Shown: positions 1 through 9,265 of the stretch, piece after piece
How positions within the stretch are numbered: position 1 is the stretch's first letter
How the letters are laid out: each line of letters opens with the position of its first letter
Virus record (IMG/VR): IMGVR_UViG_3300027759_000045
Location: 282,857 to 346,856 of that record
DNA: 64,000 bases
Strand: one strand, 5' to 3'
Made by a program: the position numbers and the translations under genes
The notes under the pieces: model-generated
What the model saw: the letters and a program-made list of their open reading frames with translations, nothing else
What the model was told of the DNA's origin: nothing
Database searches by the model: none

Positions 1-179
1 TTTGATCCATATTCTTCAAGATTCCAACATTTTTGACACGCCGAACTTTTAACTCCTGATAACAAGTCTGATTTAATTTGATCAATGTTGTAATTTCGAG
101 GTAGTAAACAGCAATGTGTTTCTTGGCCATTCCAAACTACTTCTTTTCCTACCCAGGGTAAAACACAAAATGTATCCAT
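1..179 (-). CDS. Radical SAM/Twitch-domain protein, N-terminal part (runs off window start)
   Basis: Manual translation MDTFCVLPWVGKEVVWNGQETHCCLLPRNYNIDQIKSDLLSGVKSSACQKCWNLEE matches the FCxxPW..CC..CxxCW..E N-terminus of the other radical SAM genes here; TAAATA at 184-189 on the minus strand. Confidence 0.8.
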   Translation of the reverse strand, partial: MDTFCVLPWVGKEVVWNGQETHCCLLPRNYNIDQIKSDLLSGVKSSACQKCWNLEEYGS

Positions 180-241
180 CTTTTATTTAAGTATAATGTA
201 TGTTAGAATCAAATAAATAACACAAAGGGTTCGGGACCAAA

Positions 242-490
242 ATGCAGAAGAAAACTCGTAGTTTATTAGAAGAATTAGACAGCATGTATGTGGAGCGCGA
301 CTCCCGCTATGTTATCGAAAATCGTGCTGGTAACATCATAGCCAGTGCTATACGCCTGCTAGAGCAGATTGACTCCAGTTATGAGCCCGAGGTGGCTAAA
401 AATTTGCAACGAAAGTTGATCAATGCTATCAACCTACGCGACCCTGGCAAATTTACAAGAACCGTGAGAAAAACTGATGCAAATTCATGA
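242..490 (+). CDS. Hypothetical phage protein (82 aa)
   Basis: ORF track; TAAATA at 214-219; overlaps the next gene. Confidence 0.7.
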   Translation: MQKKTRSLLEELDSMYVERDSRYVIENRAGNIIASAIRLLEQIDSSYEPEVAKNLQRKLINAINLRDPGKFTRTVRKTDANS

Positions 491-1964
491 GTTAAATCGT
501 CCACGTCGCACTGACGAAGGTGTTTGGGATGTGGTAAAAGGTGTTGGCAAAGCTGCCGCTACTGGACTCGCCCAAGCTGTATCTCCTGGAGCAGGAACAA
601 CGCAAGACTTCAGGGCATCAAGTGCAGGTATCCTTGATCCTGTAAAAAAATTAGCCGCTGTAAAGGCAAATTCAGCAATGGTCAAACTGGCAACAGAGTA
701 TGCTGATGCATGGTTAACAGATAAAAGATCACAAGTGTCGGCAGCTCCTGCACCTGCTCCTGCTCCTGCACCTGCGGCAGCTCCTGCTCCTGCACCTGCG
801 GCTGGTAAATTAACTCCAGCACAACAAAATGCATTGAAAGACAAATTGAAAGGGCAACGAGGCGCTGGCAAAACAACTGCCACCCAGACCGGCTCGGGAT
901 TCAAAGACTATGTTAGCGGAAGTCAAAACAAGTTAATTACCAATCCAGATGGTAGTACTTCAATGAAGAAACTACAGCGTGAATCAAACTATTATAATTT
1001 TGATTACATCTTAGAAAGCATTATTAACATCAACGAAAAAGCCGCAGTGGCCAATCAGCCTGTTACCAAACCAGCACCTGCCACTGGCAACGCTCAAGGA
1101 TTCAATTACAACAACGTGATGAAGATGCCGGGCATGGAAAAATATGCCACACCTGCAGGTCAGCCAAAGCCAGGACAGCCACCTGCAGGTCAGCCAAAGC
1201 CAGGGCAACCACCTGCAGGGCAACCCGATACTGACGCACAACCACCTGCAGGGCAACCAACGCCAGGGCAACCACCTGCTGGACAAGCACAACCACCTGC
1301 TGATGCAGGTGCCGGAGCAATGGGTGCTATGGCAGGACAACTAGCCAAAGGTGGAGCAGCAGGACCAAACACAATGGCTAATGCTCCAGTAAGCAAAACA
1401 AATAAAGCCAAGCCTGGAAATCCAAATGCCGGACAAGCACAACCACCTGACAATCCTGAATATATTAAAAACTTCTTAGAGTTTGCCAATGAAAAAGTTG
1501 CCATGCGCGATTCAGCCACGTACAAAATGCTTGGATTAACAGACGCTGAAGGATCTGAATTAGGGCCAGAGTTAGATGATGCCAAGCAAGCAGTTATTGA
1601 TGCCCAGGGCAATCCTGCCAACACTAAAACAGCAGTTAAAAATTATATTTTAACTGCTATGGCCGCACTACAACTGGTGACATCACAAAATTCTGTGAAG
1701 GCCGCATCACCCGAAGCACCTGCATATGGACAGCAACCACCACCGGCAGCCGGCACCACTGGAGCAGCCGCTGGCACTGCACCGGCTACAGGTCAATTGA
1801 CAGGAGCCAGTGCAGTGAAATTGTTAAACGATGCCGGGTTGACTGCTCAAATTTTAACCACAGCCGGGAAAAAAATTCAGGCCGCCACCGGCAACAAAAA
1901 ACTATCTACCTCAGGTGATTCGGTGATTGACACCATGCTACAAGGTATGGGATACACTGTATGA
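477..1964 (+). CDS. Pro/Ala/Gln-rich low-complexity protein, candidate internal head protein
   Basis: 495 aa; N-terminus MQIHEL; AP and PAGQP repeats. Confidence 0.7.
   Translation: MQIHELNRPRRTDEGVWDVVKGVGKAAATGLAQAVSPGAGTTQDFRASSAGILDPVKKLAAVKANSAMVKLATEYADAWLTDKRSQVSAAPAPAPAPAPAAAPAPAPAAGKLTPAQQNALKDKLKGQRGAGKTTATQTGSGFKDYVSGSQNKLITNPDGSTSMKKLQRESNYYNFDYILESIININEKAAVANQPVTKPAPATGNAQGFNYNNVMKMPGMEKYATPAGQPKPGQPPAGQPKPGQPPAGQPDTDAQPPAGQPTPGQPPAGQAQPPADAGAGAMGAMAGQLAKGGAAGPNTMANAPVSKTNKAKPGNPNAGQAQPPDNPEYIKNFLEFANEKVAMRDSATYKMLGLTDAEGSELGPELDDAKQAVIDAQGNPANTKTAVKNYILTAMAALQLVTSQNSVKAASPEAPAYGQQPPPAAGTTGAAAGTAPATGQLTGASAVKLLNDAGLTAQILTTAGKKIQAATGNKKLSTSGDSVIDTMLQGMGYTV
741..803 (+). repeat. 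Ala-Pro coding microrepeat
   Basis: gcwcct units encoding AAPAPAPAPAPAAAPAPAPAA. Confidence 0.85.
1152..1301 (+). repeat. Degenerate 30-bp tandem repeat (PAGQPKPGQP)
   Basis: Repeated cctgcaggtcagccaaagccagg / cctgcagggcaacc units. Confidence 0.85.
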
Positions 1965-3829
1965 TATTAAAAGAAGGCGGCAATGTTTTTAAAGACGCAA
2001 ATGGCCGTATACTAACACAGCGCATTAACCAAGCAGACGTTGCTCCCACACTCGCCTGGCTTGACCAAATGTTACCGGGCCTGGATCTACAAGACAATAC
2101 ATTAGGCTCCACAGGTAGAAAACCCACGTCGGGCGATTTGGATCTGGCAGTGGATGCCAATCAAGTCAGCAAAGAACAGTTGGTTACACGGCTGACACAA
2201 TGGTGTCAAAGCCATGGTTTCAAACCAGAAGACTACATTAAAAAGTCCGGCATTTCTGTACACTTTAAAACGCCCATCACTGGTAACCCCAATTCAGGTT
2301 ATGTGCAAACAGACTTTATGTTCTTGACTAATTTACCTTTTTCTAAATTTGTACTAAGTGCGCCTGCAGACAGTGCGTATCGTGGGCAAGACCGTAATGT
2401 GTTGATGAACAGCATTGCCAAAAGCATGGGTTACAAACTAAATCAAACTGCAGGCATTGCTGACCGTGCCACCAACAAGGTTATCACGGATGACCCGGAT
2501 AAGATTGCTCGACTGTTGTTGAATAAACAAGCAACTCGAGCAGACTTGAACAGTGTAGAAACCATTGTGGCCGCACTGGAAAATGATCCCAAGCGTGATG
2601 CCAAGCTGGCAGATGCACGTGAACACTTTGCCAAGATTGGCGTTCCTTTCATGGAAAGTGAAGAACCCTTATATAAAGAATACAACGAAGTGAACTTCTT
2701 GGCTCGACTGCGTGATCGCATTGTGAATCAAGGCATGTCAGTGATTGTGGAAGGCGCCAAGGATGCACGTATTGAACACCTGGAAGATCTAGTGTTTGAA
2801 AAAGGCACACGTGGTATTCGTGATGCAGTTGAAATCATGCGCCACGCCGCAGAAGACACACGCGGTACTACCACAGTGAAGTGGGATGGCAAGCCTGCTA
2901 TCATATTTGGCCGCAAGCCAGATGGCACGTTTGTGCTCACAGACAAAAGTGGATTTGGCGCCAAAGGATATGACGGCTTGGCCACATCTCCGGATCATAT
3001 TGCTAGAATGATGGCCATGCGGTCGGGAGATCGTACAGAGTTAATTGGGCTTTATCAAAAGTTGTTTCCATTGTTACGTGCTGCCACCCCAGACAACATG
3101 CGTGGGTTTGTACAGGGTGATTTACTGTACACCAACACACCTCCTGAACAGGCCGGCGCTTATGTGTTCCAGCCAAATTTTGTTGAATACAAGATACCTG
3201 CCAGCAGTAAACTGGGACAACGCATTGGCCGCAGTGAAGTGGGCGTGGCTGTACACACACGATATCGTGATGTTGATGCCGCTCCTGAAGCAATCAAACA
3301 GGTCACACTGAATGAAGTTCCGGGACTGTTGCTGATTGAGCCCAGTGTCAAAGACATTCGCAACGTTGAATTAAACAGTGGCCTAGTTAAACAGCTGAGT
3401 CAAATTGTGTCCACACAAGGCACTGCCATTGACAGTTTGTTCAACCCTGCTGACCTACGTGCTGCCGGCATTACTGATTTGCCACAGTTGTGCAAACGCT
3501 ACATCAACTCTAGAATTACCAGCAACTACGACAACTTGCTGAACGGCTTTGGAGACTGGCTAAAAACCAATGTAACACCACGCAAGTTCAACAACATTGT
3601 GGAATATCTGCAAAGTCCACGCACAAACATGGCGGGCATCACTTCGGCATTCACTGCATTCCTGTTGTTGCACGACATCAAAACAGACATGCTAGGGCAG
3701 TTAGATCGCCAACAGCCCGGGCAAGAAGGCTGGGTACTGGCCACCCCTGCAGGCCGTGCCAAACTGGTAAATCGCTTTGGATTCAGTGCCGGAAATCGTG
3801 CCCTAAACAATCCAGATCAAACAGCCTAA
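1961..3829 (+). CDS. Fusion of Pol-beta-type nucleotidyltransferase and DUF6267-like RNA-ligase-type adenylation domain
   Basis: N-half GSTG..SGDLDLAVD..QTDF; C-half KWDG, QGDLLY, EGWV, KLVN ligase motifs. Confidence 0.75.
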   Translation: MILKEGGNVFKDANGRILTQRINQADVAPTLAWLDQMLPGLDLQDNTLGSTGRKPTSGDLDLAVDANQVSKEQLVTRLTQWCQSHGFKPEDYIKKSGISVHFKTPITGNPNSGYVQTDFMFLTNLPFSKFVLSAPADSAYRGQDRNVLMNSIAKSMGYKLNQTAGIADRATNKVITDDPDKIARLLLNKQATRADLNSVETIVAALENDPKRDAKLADAREHFAKIGVPFMESEEPLYKEYNEVNFLARLRDRIVNQGMSVIVEGAKDARIEHLEDLVFEKGTRGIRDAVEIMRHAAEDTRGTTTVKWDGKPAIIFGRKPDGTFVLTDKSGFGAKGYDGLATSPDHIARMMAMRSGDRTELIGLYQKLFPLLRAATPDNMRGFVQGDLLYTNTPPEQAGAYVFQPNFVEYKIPASSKLGQRIGRSEVGVAVHTRYRDVDAAPEAIKQVTLNEVPGLLLIEPSVKDIRNVELNSGLVKQLSQIVSTQGTAIDSLFNPADLRAAGITDLPQLCKRYINSRITSNYDNLLNGFGDWLKTNVTPRKFNNIVEYLQSPRTNMAGITSAFTAFLLLHDIKTDMLGQLDRQQPGQEGWVLATPAGRAKLVNRFGFSAGNRALNNPDQTA

Positions 3830-3850
3830 ACCTGATTTTTTGTCAACTTG

Positions 3851-3858
3851 TATAAATA
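3851..3858 (+). promoter_or_regulatory. T4-type late promoter TATAAATA
   Basis: Exact T4 late consensus upstream of AAGGAG SD and the ATG at 3900. Confidence 0.8.
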
Positions 3859-3899
3859 ATTGCAGGTCCAACGTGACCATATACTAAGGAGATTTAAAA

Positions 3900-4310
3900 A
3901 TGGCTTATATTACACAAGTAAACGGCAACTTCGAACCAGTTGTTAATCAAGACTCAGGCACAGTTGCCGCATCACCTGGCGCAGGCTGGAACAGTGGTGC
4001 TAACACAGTGACCAGTGGCACAACAGTTAACGTTGCAGGCCCTAAGTTAGACTTCGGTACAGTTACTTTCACTGGTAACGCTACTGTAAGTGGTACTTCA
4101 TTGGGACAAGCATTCTTGACAATTCAGACACAATGCACAATTGCTATGTACGAATTCACAACCAACAGTAGTAACACTGCTACATTGGCTCTGGCTACAT
4201 ACCCAACTGGTGCATGGAACTATGCTAACGGTCAAGATCTAGACGTGGCATTGACTGCCGCTCTAGGCTATGCTGTTACCACAGCTGCCACAGCAACATT
4301 CACAAACTGA
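3900..4310 (+). CDS. Probable abundant virion structural/decoration protein (136 aa)
   Basis: Late promoter, strong SD, own terminator; Thr/Ala/Gly/Asn-rich, beta-strand-like composition. Confidence 0.65.
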   Translation: MAYITQVNGNFEPVVNQDSGTVAASPGAGWNSGANTVTSGTTVNVAGPKLDFGTVTFTGNATVSGTSLGQAFLTIQTQCTIAMYEFTTNSSNTATLALATYPTGAWNYANGQDLDVALTAALGYAVTTAATATFTN

Positions 4311-4330
4311 TCTAAACAGTTTTTGAAACA

Positions 4331-4363
4331 AAAACCCTGGAATAAAACCCAGGGTTTTCTTTT
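4331..4363 (+). terminator. Rho-independent terminator
   Basis: AAAACCCTGG-aataaaac-CCAGGGTTTT followed by ctttt. Confidence 0.85.
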
Positions 4364-4381
4364 GACGTTAAATACTTCATC

Positions 4382-4636
4382 ATGATGGTGAGCAAAATAA
4401 CTGAAGTAACAATATTTGAAAGCCCCGATGGTGGCCGCACAGTGTATGCTCGCCAACCTGGCAGTAGCGCAAGATCCTTGCACTATCAAGACCCCAAACT
4501 AAAACAAGAACTAGAAGATCTTGAAAACAAACGTCGTTGGGCAGAAATATTTGAATCACGTCACAACAGTGTAGCACTCAACGAACTATGCAACAAAGTT
4601 GAAGTGTTATACGAACTAATTAAAAAGACGCCATGA
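4382..4636 (+). CDS. Hypothetical protein (84 aa)
   Basis: ORF track; TAAATA 7 nt before ATG. Confidence 0.75.
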   Translation: MMVSKITEVTIFESPDGGRTVYARQPGSSARSLHYQDPKLKQELEDLENKRRWAEIFESRHNSVALNELCNKVEVLYELIKKTP

Positions 4637-5082
4637 GATTTGTAGTACAAACATTCTTTGACATCACTGCCACCGGCGTCACAGGACATTATAAACCTGC
4701 CCGGGTGCCGTTCCGAGATCACGCAGGCAATGTAATAACCGACGAGTTAGACTGGGGTCGTGCTAGAAATCAACAAAGAAACTGGGAAACACTCACACAA
4801 ATACTGGGACTACGTACACAGTTGTTCCGCATACAAGAACCCATGGTGGATGCATCAAATCGTGCATGGATGTTTGAATTTGAAACAGAAACTGACAACA
4901 TCTACGGCACAGATGATGATTTAACCTTGGTACTACGTGCAGATGCCGAAGGTGTGCCCATGCTGTTAGGACTGGACAATAGACCAGAAATGTCCACTGT
5001 GCTGATTACACATGGCCCCCAACAGAACATATGGTTCGCTCCGATCGCCATAAATAATGCATTGGAGACCCAACATGGTTGA
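4633..5082 (+). CDS. Hypothetical protein (149 aa)
   Basis: ATGA overlap with the upstream gene. Confidence 0.75.
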   Translation: MRFVVQTFFDITATGVTGHYKPARVPFRDHAGNVITDELDWGRARNQQRNWETLTQILGLRTQLFRIQEPMVDASNRAWMFEFETETDNIYGTDDDLTLVLRADAEGVPMLLGLDNRPEMSTVLITHGPQQNIWFAPIAINNALETQHG

Positions 5083-5338
5083 TACCACTGCTATTGAGAA
5101 AAAAAGTCTAGAAGCACACGTAGAACTGTGTGCAGAACGTTATAGTCAATTGGAACTGCGGTTAGATAACGTAGACTCTAAAATTGCCAGCCTGGAACAG
5201 ATGGTTGCACAGATACGTGATATGGTCAGAGACATGGCTGCCAAACGCAACGACCAATTGATTTCATGGGGTCTAGGTGCAATGGGCTCAATGGCCGCGG
5301 TCATTGGATGGCTGCTTGTGACTTATGTTTTTAAATGA
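5075..5338 (+). CDS. Coiled-coil protein with C-terminal TM helix (XhlA/holin-like topology)
   Basis: TAAATA at 5051 and GGAG SD favour ATG 5075; heptad region then ISWGLGAMGSMAAVIGWLLVTYVF. Confidence 0.65.
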   Translation: MVDTTAIEKKSLEAHVELCAERYSQLELRLDNVDSKIASLEQMVAQIRDMVRDMAAKRNDQLISWGLGAMGSMAAVIGWLLVTYVFK

Positions 5339-5832
5339 AAATAGATAAAGAAATTTCTCGAGAAATCCTTAAAGAATTCCCCACACTAGAACACAACAGT
5401 ATCTGGAAAAATTCTGATGGCGACTACACAGTATTTGGAAAATACAGTATTGTCAAAGAAAGTCAAGGCTACCGAGTACACTGTGCCTTAACTGATGTTG
5501 GCGTTTTTCACACTACTAAATCAGCATTGAGTTGGTGCATTGCCGACAAATTTAAACAATACAATGTGGCCCGCGATTTAATGCAGTTAGACAACAGTTT
5601 ACATCATTTAACCGTGGATATCGGCACCAGAGCCGCCATTGGTGATCGCACCAAAAATGCTGATCAACGTGAAATCATTCTAACCAAGTTAGAAAATAAG
5701 ATTTTAAAGAAAAAAGAAATAGAAAATAGATTAGCCAAATGTGTGAATTGGGCTAAATATTATCAACAACGAGGATTCGATAATGAAACTGCAAGAATTG
5801 GCCGTACTGCCGCAATCAAAACAAGTCGCTAA
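5335..5832 (+). CDS. Hypothetical protein (165 aa)
   Basis: ATGA overlap with the upstream gene. Confidence 0.7.
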   Translation: MKIDKEISREILKEFPTLEHNSIWKNSDGDYTVFGKYSIVKESQGYRVHCALTDVGVFHTTKSALSWCIADKFKQYNVARDLMQLDNSLHHLTVDIGTRAAIGDRTKNADQREIILTKLENKILKKKEIENRLAKCVNWAKYYQQRGFDNETARIGRTAAIKTSR

Positions 5833-6673
5833 AGTATTCGAAAGTTACTTTGGTAAAAGCATTACCTTTGAATCAATTTCAAAGCGTCAAGCACATGCCA
5901 TGTTAGGCCGTGTGCGTGGCTTACTGGGCGAACATCGCCGTACACCTGCATTCCATAAGAGCGAACAAGATTCAGCATACTTGAAATTAGTAATGCTAGA
6001 GCAGGTGTTGGCTAAAAAAATCAAAGAAGAGATTCCAGCGAACACAACAATGGGAATGCCAGATCCTAACAAAACAAAACAAGCTCTCAGTAAGATCACT
6101 GATCCTAAACTCAAGTCAGCAATGACCAAGAGTGCTGCCGGTCAAACGCTGTCACCAGACGAACAAAAGATGGTACAAGGTGCCGCATTATCTGCCGCCA
6201 TGGCCGCTGAAAGTCGTCGTAAAACAGGCCGTCGATTAGCCGAGAGCGAAGTACAACAAGCACAGGTTATCTTGGCCAGTCAAGACATGGTTGATCAAGT
6301 TCAGCGCATGATTGAACAAGTTACTTCTATTCAGTTCAAAGATTTGCCAGCCTTGGTTGATCAAATCCGTAACGAAATTGGCTATGACCAAGCTACCAAA
6401 TTCAATGCAGATGCCACAGCCGCACTGGGCGGAATGGTACAGAACCTACAGCAATCTAAGATTCAATTAGAAACTGCCATGGGCACAGTGACCGGACAAG
6501 CACCTGTGGTTCCGGGCGAAGTGGCTCCTGATGTTGGTGCAGAAATGCCTCCAATGGACGCTGGTGCAGAAATGCCTGCTGAACCCGGTGATGAACTAGA
6601 TGCACTGGCTGCCGATGCAGAAGCAGACCTCGAAGAGCCTGTTAAAACTGGACTAGGTCGCGAGCGTAGATAA
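5783..6673 (+). CDS. Helical acidic protein, candidate prohead core/scaffold-like
   Basis: MKLQEL N-terminus, coiled-coil composition, acidic Pro-rich tail. Confidence 0.6.
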   Translation: MKLQELAVLPQSKQVAKVFESYFGKSITFESISKRQAHAMLGRVRGLLGEHRRTPAFHKSEQDSAYLKLVMLEQVLAKKIKEEIPANTTMGMPDPNKTKQALSKITDPKLKSAMTKSAAGQTLSPDEQKMVQGAALSAAMAAESRRKTGRRLAESEVQQAQVILASQDMVDQVQRMIEQVTSIQFKDLPALVDQIRNEIGYDQATKFNADATAALGGMVQNLQQSKIQLETAMGTVTGQAPVVPGEVAPDVGAEMPPMDAGAEMPAEPGDELDALAADAEADLEEPVKTGLGRERR

Positions 6674-7014
6674 TGCGCCTACGAGAGTTTGACGAGTCTG
6701 CCAACAGCGCCCTTAAACTAGCGGCGCTGAGTCAGTTTCTCAGCGACAGAGCTGAAGACGAAGCAGCCTCAAAACAAATTAGTCAAGCAGCCTTTGTTGA
6801 CTTGGCACAGTCAATGGGTGTTAACGTAACTGAACAGAACCTAGGTGACATGATCAGCCGTGAACCATTGAGCAACTTGCTTGAACCACTTGAGCCAAAT
6901 TCGGGTGTGGTTAGATTCAAAGGCAACACCGAAGCCACAACAGGCATGAGTGTTGATCAAGCACGTGAAGTTGTTGACAGCAATGCCAAAGCAGCCTTGA
7001 AGCGTCGCCAATAA
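6673..7014 (+). CDS. Hypothetical protein, candidate head protein (113 aa)
   Basis: MRLREFDE N-terminus; TAATG overlap. Confidence 0.65.
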   Translation: MRLREFDESANSALKLAALSQFLSDRAEDEAASKQISQAAFVDLAQSMGVNVTEQNLGDMISREPLSNLLEPLEPNSGVVRFKGNTEATTGMSVDQAREVVDSNAKAALKRRQ

Positions 7015-7051
7015 AACACTCTCGCCAGACACTGGCATTAAATATCGCTAC

Positions 7052-7945
7052 ATGACACAAAAAATCTTGATTGACAAGTTAGAATTCTACATCACCAACG
7101 TGTGTAACTTAACTTGCAACGGCTGTAATCGCTACAACAATTATAAATTCAGCGGATGGCAAAGTTGGGCAGAAGCCGAACCTGTTCTCACTCGCTGGGC
7201 AGAAAAAATAGACATACGACATCCTGTAATCCTTGGTGGCGAGCCACTGCTTAATCCTGACATTGTTAAATGGATTAACGGTATTAGGCAATTGTGGCCC
7301 AAGCATTCGGGAGTTCAAGTGCAAAGCAACGGAACACGCATCGACTGCGTTAAAGGGTTAGATGAGGCTCTTAATCCTAAAGAGGGAAACTGGTTGGGCA
7401 TTAGTATACACAATCCCAATGACCGAGAAGAAATATTTGCTCGTGTACGAAACTTCTTAGGACCTACTGTAATAGAAACACAACGCAAAGATGATCCAAT
7501 TGGTAGCAATTATCAATTTATTAATGATAAAAAATTAACAATCCACGCCTGGATGAGCAACAAGTTTGTTCAAAGCAATATTATTGAACTTCCAGACAAC
7601 AAGTACACACTGTATCAGAGTGATCCTACACGGGCACACGAAAACTGTACCTTCCGTAGATTTAAAAACTATCACATGATCAATGGGAAAATCTACAAGT
7701 GCGGTCCAGCCGCTCTAATGCCCGAATTTGATGATCAATACCATTTTGAAATAAGCGATGAGGATCGTGCTATGCTACACAGCTATCGACCGTTGACCAT
7801 TGATGAGTTTGATCTACGTGGCAAAGAGTTTATTGACACGATTGATAACCAAATTGATCAATGCAAGTTTTGCCCAGAATCATACGAATACAAACCCATC
7901 ACATTCAGTGATCGTAAAAAACCCTGGATAAAAGAACCAAAATGA
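7052..7945 (+). CDS. Radical SAM protein
   Basis: TNVCNLTCNGC (CxxxCxxC), GGEPLL, C-terminal auxiliary Cys residues. Confidence 0.9.
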   Translation: MTQKILIDKLEFYITNVCNLTCNGCNRYNNYKFSGWQSWAEAEPVLTRWAEKIDIRHPVILGGEPLLNPDIVKWINGIRQLWPKHSGVQVQSNGTRIDCVKGLDEALNPKEGNWLGISIHNPNDREEIFARVRNFLGPTVIETQRKDDPIGSNYQFINDKKLTIHAWMSNKFVQSNIIELPDNKYTLYQSDPTRAHENCTFRRFKNYHMINGKIYKCGPAALMPEFDDQYHFEISDEDRAMLHSYRPLTIDEFDLRGKEFIDTIDNQIDQCKFCPESYEYKPITFSDRKKPWIKEPK

Positions 7946-8002
7946 TAGTAAATACATGCAGAATGTAGTATAATACATTTAATGTATGCAAAGGATACAA
8001 AG

Positions 8003-8299
8003 ATGAAAAAAATTCTTTTAGTCGTATTAATGACAATCGCAACAGCCGCATTTGCACAACACGGACACTTTAACCGTCACTACCATGGCGGGCATTGGCA
8101 ACGTGGGCACAGCGGCAATTGGGTTTGGATGGTCCCTGCAATCATTGGAGGTGCAATTGTATACGAAGCATCACGACAGGCACCACCGCAACCTGTAATT
8201 ATTCAACAGCAACAGTCTGTTGACACAAATTGTAGCCCTTGGACAGAAATACAAAATCCAGACGGCACAATAACCAGAACAAGAACTTGTACAAAGTAA
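8003..8299 (+). CDS. Exported His/Gly-rich small protein
   Basis: AAGGA SD; signal peptide MKKILLVVLMTIATAAFA-Q. Confidence 0.7.
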   Translation: MKKILLVVLMTIATAAFAQHGHFNRHYHGGHWQRGHSGNWVWMVPAIIGGAIVYEASRQAPPQPVIIQQQQSVDTNCSPWTEIQNPDGTITRTRTCTK

Positions 8300-8339
8300 T
8301 TGTAAATCAGTAAATTAAAACAGAAAGTAGTAGCAGTAT

Positions 8340-8543
8340 ATGGCATTAGGTAAAGTAAAGTGGTTTAATGAAACCAAAGGTTTTGGGTTTATTACTCCAG
8401 ACGAAGGTGGCGAAGAATTGTTTGCACACTATTCAGCAATTCAAACGCAAGGCTTCAAAGTCCTCAAAGAAAATCAACGTGTGACATACGATGTGGTTCA
8501 AGGACAAAAGGGCCTGCAGGCATCTAACATTAAACCAGAGTAA
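8340..8543 (+). CDS. cspA: Cold-shock protein
   Basis: [15 protein letters not shown] (RNP1), ELFAHYSAI (RNP2). Confidence 0.95.
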   Translation: MALGKVKWFNETKGFGFITPDEGGEELFAHYSAIQTQGFKVLKENQRVTYDVVQGQKGLQASNIKPE

Positions 8544-8549
8544 ACACAC

Positions 8550-8942
8550 ATGTCTTACAGCAAAAAGGTGGTCGATCACTATGAAAATCCCAGGAATGTC
8601 GGATCTTTTGACAAGACTGATACTGATATTGGTACTGGTATGGTTGGCGCACCTGCTTGCGGGGATGTCATGAAATTACAAATAAAGGTTGATAATGATA
8701 CAGGTATTATTACAGATGCAAAATTTAAAACGTATGGCTGCGGATCGGCTATTGCGAGCTCGAGCCTTATTACAGAGTGGGTCAAAGGCATGCACATCGA
8801 CCAAGCAGGAGCAATCAAAAACTCCGACATCGCTGAAGAATTGGCCTTACCCCCCGTGAAGATACATTGTAGCATTCTAGCCGAAGACGCAATCAAAGCG
8901 GCTGTGGACGACTATCGTAAGAAGCATGATCTCGTTAACTGA
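8550..8942 (+). CDS. iscU: Fe-S cluster scaffold IscU
   Basis: DHYENPRNVG, GAPACGD, FKTYGCGSA, LPPVKIHC. Confidence 0.95.
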   Translation: MSYSKKVVDHYENPRNVGSFDKTDTDIGTGMVGAPACGDVMKLQIKVDNDTGIITDAKFKTYGCGSAIASSSLITEWVKGMHIDQAGAIKNSDIAEELALPPVKIHCSILAEDAIKAAVDDYRKKHDLVN

Positions 8943-9246
8943 TGCTGCCGCTCGAAAAATACAACAAACAATAACTCGGCGTGGGCACGGTGAAGGAATA
9001 AGATTAGGTGTTAGAACCACTGGGTGTTCTGGACTTGCTTATGTGTTAGAATATGTGGATACACCGCAAGCAACAGATCAATGTTTTGACTGTACTGGTT
9101 GCCGAGTGTTTGTTGATCCCAAGTCTGGTGCTTACTTACAAGGTGTAACAGTTGACTATGTTCGCCAAGGGCTCAATGAAGGTTTTGAATTTCGCAATCC
9201 AAATGAACGTGATCGGTGTGGATGTGGAGAAAGTTTCCGTATTTAA
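8926..9246 (+). CDS. iscA: A-type Fe-S carrier IscA
   Basis: TTGCSG and CGCGESF motifs. Confidence 0.95.
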   Translation: MISLTDAAARKIQQTITRRGHGEGIRLGVRTTGCSGLAYVLEYVDTPQATDQCFDCTGCRVFVDPKSGAYLQGVTVDYVRQGLNEGFEFRNPNERDRCGCGESFRI

Positions 9247-9265
9247 AAGCCTCTAGACTAATAGT

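Noticed and set aside
485-1624. Antisense and alternate-frame ORFs over the low-complexity gene (and similar track entries elsewhere)
   Set aside because: Shadow ORFs produced by stop-poor repeats or codon bias opposite well-supported genes; they lack SD, promoter and motifs
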